Shown piece by piece: positions 12,701 through 25,966 of a stretch of DNA of 64,000 bases (positions within the stretch are counted from its first letter, which is position 1; each line of letters starts with the position of its first letter). The notes under the pieces were generated by a model that made no database searches, was not told where the DNA came from, and saw nothing but the letters and a program-made list of their open reading frames with translations. The DNA is from the human T2T-CHM13v2.0 reference genome, Homo sapiens. Position numbers and translations under genes: made by a program. Location: assembly GCF_009914755.1 (NCBI RefSeq), contig NC_060941.1; one strand, 5' to 3'.

Positions 12701-14182
12701 ATATCAAGAAGTAGTTTGAAACCAATGAGAACAAAGAGACAATGTACCAGAATCTCTGGGACACAGCTAAAGCAGTGTTAAGAGGGAAATTTATAGCACT
12801 AAATGCCCACATCAGAAAGCTAGAAAGATCTCAAATCAACACCCTAACATCACTATTAAAAGAGCTAGAGAATCAAGAGCAAGTGAATCCAAAAGCTAGC
12901 AGAAGACAATAAGTAAGATCAGAGCAGAACTGAAGGAGATAGAGACACAAAAAAACCCTTCAAAAAATCAATAAATACAAAAGCTGGTTTTTTGAAAAAA
13001 TTAACAAAATGGATAGACTGCTAGCTAGACTAACGAAGAAGAAAAGAGAGAAGAACCAAATAGACACAATAAAAAGTGATAAAGGGGATATCACCACTTA
13101 TCCACAGAAACACAAACTACTATCAGAGAATACTATAAATACCCCTACGCAAATAAACTAGAAAATCTAGAAGAAATGAATAAACTCCTGGACATATACA
13201 CCCTCCCACGGCTAAACCAGGAAGAAGTCAAATCCCTGAATAGACCAATAACAAGTTCTGAAATTGAGGCAGTAATTAATAGCCTACCAACCAAAAAAAG
13301 CCCAGGTTCACATGGATTCACAGCCAAATTCTACCAGAAGTACAAAGAGGAGCTGGTACCACTCCTTCTGAAACTATTCCAAACAATTGAAAAGGAGAGA
13401 CTCCTCCTTAACTCATTTTATGAAGCCAGCATCATCCTGATGCCAAAACCTCACAGAGACATAACAAAAAAAGAAGTCTTCAGGCCAATATCCCTGAAGA
13501 ACATCAATGCAAAAATCCTCAATAAAATACTGTCAAACCGAATCCAATAGCACATCAAAAAGCTTATCCACCACGATTAAGTTGGCTTCATCCCTGGGAT
13601 GCAAGTCTGGTTCAACATACATAAATCAATAAACATAATCCATTACATAAAGAAAACCAAAGACAACAACCATACGATTATCTCAATAGAGGCAGAAAAG
13701 CATTTTGATAAAATTCAACATCCCTTCATGTTAAAAACTCTCAATAAACTAGGTATTGATGGAACGTATCTCAAAATAAGAGCTATTTATGACAAACCCA
13801 CAGCCAATATCATATTGAATGAGCAAAAGCTGCAAGCATTCCCTTTGAAAACCGGTACAAGGCAAGGATGCCCTGTCTCACCACTCCTGCTCAACATAGT
13901 ATTGGAATTTCTGGCCAGGGCAATCAGGCAAGAGAAAGAAATTAAGGGGATTCAAATAGGAAGAGAGGAAGTCGAATTGTCTGTTTGCTGATGACATGAT
14001 TCTATATTTAGAAAACCCCATCATTTCCACCCCAAAACTTCTTAAGCGATAAGCAACTTCAGCAAAATCTCAGGTTACAAAATCAATGTGCAAAAATTAT
14101 AAGCATTCCTTTACACCAACAATAGACAAGCAGAGAGCCAAATCATGAATGAACCTCCATTCACAATTGCTACAAAGAGAAT
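9701..14182 (+). mobile_element. L1PA (approximately L1PA7/8-like): 5' UTR, ORF1 and 5' half of ORF2; disrupted, lacks its own 3' end
   Basis: ORF1 pieces (10915-11834), ORF2 start MTGSHSHIT near 11895, and RT pieces (13176-13991), with many stops and frameshifts. Confidence 0.92.
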
Positions 14183-14310
14183 GCTCCCAACACAATGAAA
14201 TGATAAATGTCTGAGGTGATGACTGTCCTAAATATCCTGATTTGATGATTACACTTATATTCATGTATCAAAATATCACATGTACCCCCAAAATATGTAC
14301 AGTTATTACT
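14183..14310 (+). mobile_element. 3' end fragment of an L1MA/L1PB-type element
   Basis: GAAATGATAAATGTCTGAGGTGATG...ATGTATCAAAATATCACATGTACCCC...AAATATGTAC resembles older L1 3' UTR termini; compare 47645-47760. Confidence 0.7.
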
Positions 14311-15448
14311 GTACATATTAATTATTACTGTACATATTATTGCAATGTTTTGGAAAACCAGCCAGTGTGCCAGGGAAGTATGGAGCCTGTTCTGCAAATT
14401 CAATCTGAAACATGGTTAATTTGAAGTCACAGCAGAATAAGCAAATGGAGATGAGGGAACTGTGAGTAATTTCGACTATTAAAGTAATTTGGAGTGCCAG
14501 ATTTGGGGTGGGGTGAGGGTATATGGCAGTCCTAGCATTCATCAAATGAGTGAATTCCTTACCTCAATGTAGCAAGTTAAACTCCTAGATGTCCACGGTA
14601 GGTGGCATAGTGGAAGGAGATTTTGAGTCTGAAGTTTGGGTTCAAACCCCAGCGTAACAAATTCAAGCATTTTTTGAACAAACTGCGATTTCATTAGACA
14701 CACACATACATACATACCTACGGTGCTATGTATATACATCTTTTATTTACAACGACGTATATCGTTGTAACAACGAGCTATTTGTTTCTGTTATCCTGCT
14801 TTATAGATGAGGTGACTGAGATTTAGGTTAATGAGTTTCTCACATTCACTCAATCAGAACTGACACATTGGGATTTGAGCCCCCGTTCTGCCTCCAGATT
14901 TCACAATCTAACTATTCTACCATGGGATGGAGGACAGCAATAATGCCCACCTCCCCCGGGGTCAGGAGAAAGAGCTGAAATGCTGTATGTGGAAGCAGCT
15001 CTCCAAACTTAAAGCCTAATTGTCCTTGGAAGGGGCCTGTGATGGGGGTGGCAAAGGGACTCCTATTCTTCATTCCTCCAACTTGTATTTCCCACCCCTT
15101 TCTAGTAGGGAACCCACTCTCTCAGTACAAAGAGCAACAGGGTTCCCAGTCTTGCCTCTATCCTGGTTCTGCTGCCCTCTCAGACAGGAGCAGCTGGACC
15201 CCACTCTGTCTGTCCGGAATGGTCCAGGATGTCAGGGTGGGACTCCTGGTGTCAGGCCTCATGGTGCAACTGCAGGGGAGACAGAAGATGAGGGCACACG
15301 GTATTACAGGCTTCCCACATCACAAATGACTTCTTTCTGCAGTCTTGTTCTTACCATTCAGAGCTCTATGGGACATCTGCTGATGGGAGGGAGGGTAGAG
15401 GGCAGGTGACAAGACTGAGGAAGGCCAGAGAACTCCCAGGGAAATTGA

Positions 15449-15654
<206 letters not shown>

Positions 15655-16352
15655 AGATACCTCTGCTTTGTAACCCACAAGGCAAGCATCTCCTGCACTC
15701 ATGTGCATCACGATCACCTGTGATGCTTCATAACAAAAAGCTGACTTTCTGACTTTCTGACTCTCTCTCTTGAAGTCCTGAAGTCTCTCTTGAAGTCCTG
15801 TTTCTGAGAACCAAGTTCTTTTTAGCAAGCATGCAGTAGTTCTGATGCTATACTTTGGGAAACACTGCTCTGAGTTTGTAAGAGTCAGTGGGTTCTGAAC
15901 ACTGATGTGGTCAGATGGTCACAGAGACACAGACCCCTCTGTTGTGTTGCTGGGGTGTGAGGGGGGAGATTGTAGGGGCAATATGGAAAAGGGGTCCAAG
16001 CTTGCAGTGGAAACACTGGGCTTTGTACCTCTTCTGTTACTTCCTAGCTGTATGACCTTGAGTAGGGCCCACGACCTGCCTAAATCCCCTCTTCTCACCT
16101 AGGTAGTCATTCTCACAGGCTGTGAGAATTACATGCAACAGAGAATGTGAAAGTACCTTGAAAACTGTAGAGTGCTTCTAAGATTCAAGGGATTGTTCTA
16201 TTACCTTTGAAGACTAAGAGGTGAGATTACATGAGTTCCCAAAGTGTGTGAGTATGTTTGTGTGACAGAGAAAATGGAGAAGAGAGAAGATAAGAGAGAA
16301 GATAAGAGAGAAGAGGGAGAAAGAGCATGAGGCTGAGATGTACAGACCTTAC

Positions 16353-16770
16353 CCACTGCTCTGTGCTGCTCTCAGAGTTCACTGGTTCAGCTTCCTCCAC
16401 GTTCCTGTTCTACAGGATGAAAACACATTCAGGTCATAAAAGACCAGAATGCATTATTTTCTGAATAGGTCTTGGAGACTCATCCTATTGGCTAAAGGTA
16501 CAGAGCAGAGAACTTGTTGCCTGGGTCTTCAGCTTCTGTAAAAAAGGAGACAGGATTTCAGGCTATTGATGCCCCAATGAGATTTGTGGGATATGAGAAC
16601 TGAGTCTTGGATCCTAGATTCATGAAGAAACGGGATGAACAGGGAGCACATCAGGTCTGCTTATCCATTTTGGAGAGAACTTGGGGATGCAATCCCCAGA
16701 TAGCCTCTTGAGATGAACATGGATAATTGCTCCGATGTTATTCTCTAGAGGTGAGGGTCTTGGGAAATGA
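16353..16770 (-). promoter_or_regulatory. Candidate OR1D2 promoter and non-coding first exon
   Basis: Donor TGG|GTAAGG (GT at 16351-16352). Cluster of O/E-like YYYCARRR motifs (16682-16700, 16705-16713, 16757-16765) plus homeodomain site TAATTG (16724-16729) in non-repeat DNA. Confidence 0.5.
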
Positions 16771-16834
16771 GTCTTGTTTACAAGAAATAAACCAGCTCCT
16801 TATTGTGCAGTAATCCTAAAATATACCCTAGGAA

Positions 16835-17135
16835 GGCTGGGTGTGGTGGCTCACACCTGAAATCCCAGCATTTGGGAGGCCGAGGCAGGCAGATCACCTG
16901 AGGTCAGGAGTTCATGACCATCTTGGCCAACATGGTGAAACCCCCATCTCTACTAAAAATACAAAAATTAGTTGGGCGTGCTGGCACTTACCTGTTGTCC
17001 CAGATGCTTGGGAGACTGAGGCAGGAGGATCGCTTCAACCTGGGAGGTGGAGGTTGCAGTGAGCCGAGATGGCACCACTGCACTCCAGCCTGGGCAACAG
17101 AGTGAGACTCCATCTGAAAAAAAAAAAAATAAAAG
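16835..17135 (+). mobile_element. Alu (AluS type)
   Basis: Full dimeric Alu with A tail. Confidence 0.95.
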
Positions 17136-17559
17136 ATAAAATACATATAACAGTAAGCCAAAGTAACAGTAAGCCAAAAATAAAGCGGACTCTACATGTA
17201 TTGCCTGTTGGCTTTGAGTAGGGAGAGGTCTGGCAAATTTAAGGTACTAAACTTCAACTAGAATGATTCCAGATGTCTGTGACCCAAAGTACTAAGCAAA
17301 AGCAAGAAAGAAATCCTATTTAGAGGAACATAATGTCACCTTAGAGCTGAAATAACAGAATTATTTCTGTTAATAATTTTTCAAGCACAATATCCAACAT
17401 AAACCCAAAGATAAAAAGACACAAGGAAGATTCCAATAGCAAGAACCAACACAGGGGAGGCATATAGGGACTCTAGATAATATAGTTATTAGACATAGAT
17501 GGAAAAATAATGATGCTACATTATTTTAGGAAATAAAATGAAGCCTGAAAATTTTATCA

Positions 17560-19480
17560 GGAATGTTTACAAACAGGCCAGTCATGAGTAACCAGCACTC
17601 AGATGAAAAACACATTACTGACCCTCCAGAAATGACCAAATATTCCTTTCTAGTCACTGTTCCTGCACAGGTACTCACTATCCTAACTGCTAATATCATT
17701 AAGCTAGCTTTATCTATTTTCTTACTTTATTTAAATGGAAGTATACAGTTTGTACTCTTTTGTGTTGGCGTTTTTCACTCATTGTATATGTCAGATTCAT
17801 CCACACAGTTGTATGTGGTTGTAGGTTGTTCATGCTCATTGCTGTATGGTGTTCTATTGTGTGAAGAGACCACTAAACACCCATTGTGGGCATTAGTAGT
17901 TTCCGGTTTTTGTCCTGAGTCGTGTAGCTACGCATATCTCTTAGGCATATATACTTAAGAGTGGAATTTATAAATCACATGGCAGGCCTATGTATAGTTT
18001 TTGTAGCCAGTGCTAAACACTTTTCCAAAGTACTAGACTTGTATCAATTTTCCCTACTGCCAGCAGTGTATGAGAGTTCTAGTTGCTCAATACCTTAACA
18101 TGATTTGGTATTTTTCATCCTTTTCATTTTAGCTGTTGTGGTGAGTATAGCGGTATCTCGCCATGGTTGAATTTTTTTTTTTTAAAAAAAAGATACATAA
18201 TAGAGGTACATGTGATAATTTAATATCTTCATAAAATTTGTCAAGATCAAATTGGTGTAATTGGGATATATATCACTTTAAATAGTTGTCTTTTTTTATG
18301 CTAGAAACATCTGAATTGTTCCCCTTTTACTATTTTGAAATATACAATAGATGATTGTAAACTATATTCAGTCTTACTGCTTCTATCAAACTGTACTTTT
18401 GTACCTATTAATCAACATTTCTTCCTCCCCCTCCCCTCACTCTTCCTGGCCTCTGGTGACCACCAGTCTGCTCGTTTATCATCATGGGATCCACTTTTTA
18501 AACTTTCACATGTTGAGTGACAACATATAATATTTGTGTTTCTGTGCTTGACTTATTTCACCGAACATAATGACTTCTAGTTTCATCTATGTTGCTGCAA
18601 AGGACAGGATTTCATTTTTTTTTTGGCTGGATAATATTCCACTGCGTATATATGCCATATTTTCTTTCTTCATTCATCCTTTGATGGGCATTTGGGTTGA
18701 TTCCATATTTTGGCCATTGTGAATAGTGATGCAGTAAACGTGGAAGTGTAGATATCTCCTCGATACATTGATTTCTTTTCTTTTGAATATATGTCCAAGA
18801 GTAGAATTGCTGATTTCCATTTACATTTCTCTGATGACTAATGAAGTTAAGCACTTTTCATAGAGTTATTATCCAAAAGTATATTGTCTTTGTAAATCAC
18901 CTACTCAAGTGTTCTTCTCATTTTTTTCTATTGGGTTATCTGGTTTTTTTTAAATGTTGATTTGTAATTCTTCATATTTTCTGGCTATGAGCCTTTGTCA
19001 GATGTTTGTAACAAGACTATCTTACCCACCTTTGTGGGTTGGCTTTTGTTCAATTAATGGTGCCGTTAGAGAAATAGAAGAGTTTTAATGTTTTAATTTA
19101 TCAATTGTTAAATAATTAGTGCTGTCTATATCTTAAGAAATCTTTGCTAAATTTTTGTCATGTTCTCTATGATTTCATCAGGAAGATTTGCTTTTACCTT
19201 TCACATTTAGATCTGTGATCAATGTGGAATTGATATTTATATTTGGTGAGGTAGAGATCAACATACATTTTTCTTCCTGAAGTGTGGATATTCAACGGAT
19301 CCAGTGCCATTTGGAGAAAAGCCGTCCTTTCCCTGCTCCATCACAGTGGAAATCTTTATCATCAGTCTGGTGACTATATATATGAATCTGTTTCTGGAAT
19401 CTTAATCTCTTCCATTTGTCAGTTTGCCTATCCTTATATCAATAGTCTACATATTAATTATTATATCTTCTAATAGGATT
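17560..19480 (-). mobile_element. Old L1M 3' fragments (nested L1ME/L1MA type)
   Basis: Degenerate minus-strand L1 3' UTR and ORF2 C-terminal sequence (e.g. ORF 18612..18854). Confidence 0.7.
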
Positions 19481-19518
19481 GCTATATGGTTTGCTTGTTC
19501 TTCTTCTTCAGTATTTCC

Positions 19519-20048
<530 letters not shown>

Positions 20049-20049
20049 G

Positions 20050-21530
20050 CTGTTTGAAGGTATTGAGACCCTGTCCTGTTCCTCAACAGCTTTTAGGGTT
20101 TTCGTTTATATTTGGTTTCAGTAGTTTTCTCCAATATGCCTATGTTTGGTTTTCTCTCGATTTATACTGCTTGAGATTTGCTGAGCTCCTTCAACCTGTA
20201 GTGTTATGTCTTTTATCTGTTTGAAAAATTCTTGGTTAATTATCTTCTCAAATATATGACCCTGTTCCATTCTCTTTCTCCTGTCCTTCTGGGACTCCAG
20301 TGATACATAATTAGGCCTTCTGTGCATGTTCCATTTATCTCTTATGGCTGTATCTGGGGTTTCTTCCTTTAATTTTTTTTGCACTTCAGTTTAGGTATTT
20401 TATATTGACTTGTCTTCTAGTTTATTGATTCTGTATCTTGCTATGTCCAACTTGTTAAATTCATGCACTGAGTTCTTAATTTCAGATACTGTAGTGTTCA
20501 CATCCAGAATGTCCATTGTGCTCTTTATGCTATTTGCTAGTAAAATTATTCATCTTTTTATCTATTTCACATACTAATTGTTATCTTAAATTCCTTGTCT
20601 GCCACCTCTAAGATCAGAGTCATCTTTCAATCTTTATTTTTTGGTCTTAATTATTAGGCATGTAATTTTGCCTCTTGCCTGTGTGTAGTAATTTTTTTAG
20701 TATGTGCTGGGAGTCATGGATACTAGGGTTACAGTGGCTTCAAGTGTTGTTACCTCTACCAGAGATGGTTCTTCTTTTCCTCTTTAATGCAGATACGGTG
20801 AGTGGGTTCATCACCTGAATTCAATCAGGAATTGGTTTGGGCTTAGGATTAGGTTGTAACTTTAGGAAGGTTAAGTTTACTTCTGTTCCTAGGTTGTTTC
20901 CTTTTTGGGATTTTCATGCATCTTGATGTCCTTAGCCCTGAAAAGTAGTGAGAAATTTTCTTCAGAGGTTTTTAGCTTAGTTCTTTGGACTTTGCCTCCA
21001 TGCAAATTCAATGTTTGGCAAATATCTTGAGGGAGAGACCAGAGGCGTGTTCGAAAAAGGCCTCTTCTAACAGTGTGTTTGCTTCCTCAGTCCTGAAAGT
21101 CGGCAGGAGATTTTTTTCCGTCTTTTAGTAGTGTCTGCCTAGATTTCCAGCATTCTTATCAGAGTCAGCAAATGTCTCATGCGGAGAATAGTACAGGGGT
21201 TTGAGGCCCCTCATGCTTCAAAACTGTTATTCTGGTCTTGCGTGAGTGCTACACGCTTTAATGCTTTCATTTCCCCGGCACAGATCCTCTACCTAAGTCT
21301 GTGCCCAGATTCAGCAACTACTTTTCCCAAGGGAAAAAATAGCTAGTTGGAGTAACCTCATCTTAGAATGGTCACCCTCTCTCTGAAACTTTAGGTTATG
21401 TAGTTTTTGTTGCTTCTGCAACTCTTTGATACCTTTAAATTATGATTTTACCTTTTAAAATTATGATTTTACCTTTTAAAATTCTAATTGTTGCAGGAGG
21501 ATCATTTTAGCTTGCTAGAACCCACTATAT
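20050..21530 (-). mobile_element. Old L1M ORF1/5' fragment
   Basis: ORF 20118..20384 resembles degenerate L1 ORF1p (HIFEKII...QQISSSINREKTKHRHI). Confidence 0.6.
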
Positions 21531-21580
21531 CCTGTGTGCAAGCAGAGGTCTGCCTCTTTTATTTTTGAAGAGACTTGTGT

Positions 21581-21868
21581 CTCTGGCATTGTGGCTTATG
21601 CCTATAATGCCAGCACTATGGGTGGCTGAGGTGGGAGGATCACTTGAGGTCAGGTGTTTGAGACCAGCCTGGCCAACATGGTGAAACCCCGTCTGTACTA
21701 AAAATACAAAAATGAGCTGGGCGTGGTGACATGTGCCTGTAGTCTCAGCTACTTGAGAGGCTGAGGCACGAGAGTTGCTTGAATCTGGGAGGCAGAAGTT
21801 GAAGTCAGCAGAGATCACACCTTTGCACTACAGCCTGGGTGACCAAGTGAGGCTCTGTCTCAAAAAAA
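21581..21868 (+). mobile_element. Alu (diverged)
   Basis: Dimeric Alu with short A tail. Confidence 0.92.
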
Positions 21869-22849
21869 TGTCAGGAAATCTTAGTTTGGTTACAACATTT
21901 GGTGGACAAAAGAGGGTATAAATCACACTACTTGTACAAGAAGGTATTCTTTGGCAACTATTATCCCTTGATGGCTCCCCCTTATTTACTTCACCAGATG
22001 AATTAAAGTTTTATTTTATTCTCATGTTGAAATGAAGATTAGTGAAGAATATTTATAGGTGTCCCTATTTCTCCAGTATGTGTAATTGAGGCCCTGTTTC
22101 CACTCCCTTAATGCAGGTTACCATCATCTCTCACTTGAGTTACTGAAATAACCTTGTAAATGATTAATCTGCCTTTCTGATTGATTAATGCTAGTCTAGT
22201 CTCCTCACTTCAATCAGATTTACATTTCTACCAATTAAATCTAAGCATCTAATTGCCCTACCTGAAACCAGTCAGAGACTTTCCCCTTGGGATGAAGGTG
22301 GTGCTGCTGACTGCATCTCACAAGGCCTTGAGGAGCAGGACATTGCCTGGTTCCCTTTCTCCCCTTCAGTTCTCTGCTTCACACGATACGCGTCCGGACA
22401 CAGAACGTCCTTTAGTTTCTTGAGTATGCCATGTTGTCTTGACCTCTTGAGTCTTTGCAAATGTGGTTACTTTTCTCAGAACTCCACTTTCTCCCCATTT
22501 ATCTTTTTACGCCCTCTTAACCCGTAAAGACCCAAGATAAAGTTGTCATATGTGGCTGGGAGAAATTAGGAAGTAATTGTGTAGAGGTAGCAATTGTATT
22601 GTGTTTAGAGACTGGGATTAGATTTCAACATTCAGTGATGAGGGATGTGTGGACATAACTCAAAGTGGGTTTTCCTAAATGTAGCAGAGATAAATGATGG
22701 GGCCAGATGATTGAATTAGTTGATCAATAAAGAACGTTTCTTTCTTCATTTTTAGGATAACATTTTTGAAGTAATAAGTGGACAATACAGAGCAATTCAT
22801 TATATTTTGGAAAGCAAATATTTTAGGAATTAAAATAATGAAATATTCA

Positions 22850-23145
<296 letters not shown>

Positions 23146-23731
23146 AAATATTCAGACAAGGAAGAGATCCTGTGGACTGCTGTGGTCTGAGCAGCATTCC
23201 TGGTGGGACTTGGGGATGATCTTGCTTCCTCTTCTGCCTGTTCTCCTACCCCAGAATGGGCAGCTATAAAGTACTGCCTGCTCTAGACCTCCTAGGAGAT
23301 TTGTCCCAGGGGATCATGGGCAATTACTTTGTTTGTTGTTAATAAGTTTCACCAGGGCCTGGGGTCCAATGGGACCTACTGTCTCTAGAACCTGGAAAAC
23401 ATAGACTGGGAGATATGTGAAGGGACGGGGTGGGCTTAGATGATGACGACAGAGGCTGTATCTCCATGTGTCTAACGTGCATAAAAGAGCGAAGGCTCCC
23501 AGGTCAAGGCCTCGGGATTCCTTTCAGACATTCCTTGTAAGTTAGGCTGGAAGCTGTGTCCCTCTGGGTCCTTTCGACCTTCGGGTCCTGATTACTAGGG
23601 TTCTATGGTGTGACTATGTGGGACTGTTCTTTAGGTACTGTAAAATCCAAATTACTGTTTAACATTCTAGAAATATCTTGATTGCTGTTTACCAGATTCA
23701 ATTTCTTTATTTAAAATGGTATTCATAAATA

Positions 23732-25966
23732 CAGTTGCCCCATGAACAACACAGGTTTTGAACTGCATAGGTCCACTTAGATTTTCTTCTGCCTCTGCCA
23801 CCCTGAGTAGCAAGACTAACCCCACCCTGAGTGGCAAGACCAACTCCTTGTCCTCAGCCTCCTCAACATGAAGACAACAGGGATGAGGAGCTTTATGATG
23901 ATCCATTTCTACTTAATGATTAGTAAATATGTTTTCTCTTCCTTATGATTTTCTTAGTAACATCTTTTCTCTAGCTTACTTTATTGTAAGAATATAACAT
24001 ACTAAATGTGTGTTAATTGACTGTTTATGTTATCTGTAAGGATTCTGGTCAACGGTAGGCTAGTAATAGTTAAGTTTTGGGGCAGTCAAAATGTATTTGT
24101 GTATTTTTTTTTTTTTTATTGATCATTCTTGGGTGTTTCTCGCAGAGGGGGATTTGGCAGGGTCATAGGACAATAGTGGAGGGAAGGAGGGAAGGTCAGC
24201 AGATAAACAAGTGAACAAAGATCTCTGGTTTTCCTAGGCAGAGTGTTTGTGTCCCTGGGTACTTGAGATTAGGGAGTGGTGATGACTCTTAACGAGCATG
24301 CTGCCTTCAAGCATCTGTTTAACAAAGCACATCTTGCACCGCCCTTAATCCATTTAACCCTGAGTGGACACAGCACATGTTTCAGAGAGCACAGGGTTGG
24401 GGGTAAGGTCATAGATCAACAGGATCCCAAGGCAGAAGAATTTTTCTTAGTATAGAACAAAATGAAAAGTCTCCCATGTCTACTTCTTTCCACACAGACA
24501 CAGCAACCATCCGATTTCTCAATCTTTTCCCCACCTTTCCCCCTTTTCTATTCCACAAAACCGCCATTGTCATCATGGCCCGTTCTCAATGAGCTGTTGG
24601 GTACACCTCCCAGACGGGGTGGTGGCCGGGCAGAGGGGCTCCTCACTTCCCAGTAGGGGCGGCCGGGCAGAGGCGCCCCTCACCTCCCGGACGGGGCAGC
24701 TGGCAGGGCGGGGGGCTGACCCCCCCACCTCCCTCCCGGACGGGGCAGCTGGCCTGGCGGGAGGCTGACCCCCCCACCACCTCCCTCCTGGACGGGGCGG
24801 CTGGCCGGGCAGAGGGGCTCCTCACTTCCCAGTAGGGGCGGCCAGGCAGAGACGCTCCTCACATCCCAGACGGGGCGGCGGGGCAGAGGCGCTCCCCACA
24901 TCCCAGACGATGGGCGGCCGGGCAGAGACGCTCCTCACTTCCTAGATGGGATGGCGGCCTGGCGGAGACGCTCCTCACTTTCCAGACTGGGCAGCCAGGC
25001 AGAGGGGCTCCTCACATCCCAGACGACGGGCGACCAGGCAGAGACGTTCCTCACTTCCTAGACGGGGTGGCGGCCGGGTAGAGGCGCTCCTCACATCCCA
25101 GACGGGGCGGCGGGGCAGAGGGGCTCCTCACATCCTAGACGATGGGCGGCCAGGCAGAGACTCTCCTCACTTCCTAGATGTGATGGGCGGCCGGGAAGAG
25201 GCGCTCCTCATTTCCTAGATGGGATGGCGGCCGGGCGGAGACGCTCCTCACTTTCCAGACTGGGCAGCCAGGCAGAGGTGCTCCCCACATCCCAGACGAT
25301 GGGCGGCCGGGAAGAGGCGCTCCTCACTTCCTAGATGGGACGGCGGCCGGGCAGAGACGCTCCTCACTTTCCAGACTGGGCAGCCAGGCAGAGGGGCTCC
25401 TCACATCCCAGACGATGGGCGGCCAGGCAGAGACGCTCCTCACTTCCCAGACAGGGTGGCGGCCGGGCAGAGGCTGCACTCTGGGCACTTTGGGAGGCCA
25501 AGGCAGGCGGCTGGGAGGTGGAGGTTGTAGCGAGCCGAGATCACGCCACTGCACTCCAGCCTGGGCGCCATTGAGCACTGAGTGAACCAGACTCCGTCTG
25601 CAATCCCGGCACCTCGGGAGGCCGAGGCCGGCGGATCACTCGCAGTTAGGAGCTGGAGACCAGCCCGACCAACACAGCGAAACCCGTCTCCACCAAAAAA
25701 ATACGAAAACCAGTCAGGCGTGGCGGCGCGCGCCTGCAATCCCAGGCACTCCGCAGGCTGAGGCAGGAGAATCAGGCAGGGAGGTTGCAGTGAGCCGAGA
25801 TGGCAGCAGTACAGTCCAGCTTCGGCTCGGCATGAGAGGGAGACCGTGGAAAGGGGAGACGAGAGGGAGAGGAGGGAGAGGAGGGAGAGGAGGGAGACGT
25901 ATTTGTGTATTTTTGACTGCACAGGGGTTGGTGCCTTTAATCCCTGTGTTGTTCAAGGGTCAACTG
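23732..25966. mobile_element. Tigger2a/MER28-type non-autonomous DNA transposon split by the SVA (23732-24092 and 25915-25966)
   Basis: Terminal inverted repeats CAGTTGCCCCATGAACAACAC / GTGTTGTTCAAGGGTCAACTG, flanked by TA at 23730-23731 and 25967-25968. Confidence 0.85.
24109..25898 (-). mobile_element. Full-length SVA retrotransposon
   Basis: On the plus strand: poly-T, SINE-R (~24118-24600), GC-rich VNTR (~24600-25470), Alu-like domain (~25470-25850) and (GGGAGA)n hexamers. 16-bp TSD GTATTTGTGTATTTTT at 24093-24108 and 25899-25914. Confidence 0.97.

Noticed and set aside
15740-15800. Short tandem duplications (also 21438-21482 and 50947-50963)
   Set aside because: Ordinary slippage duplications with no further structure.
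24600-25470. Repeat array superficially resembling a CRISPR or novel tandem system
   Set aside because: There are no unique spacers; it is the SVA VNTR between SINE-R and Alu-like domains in a primate genome.
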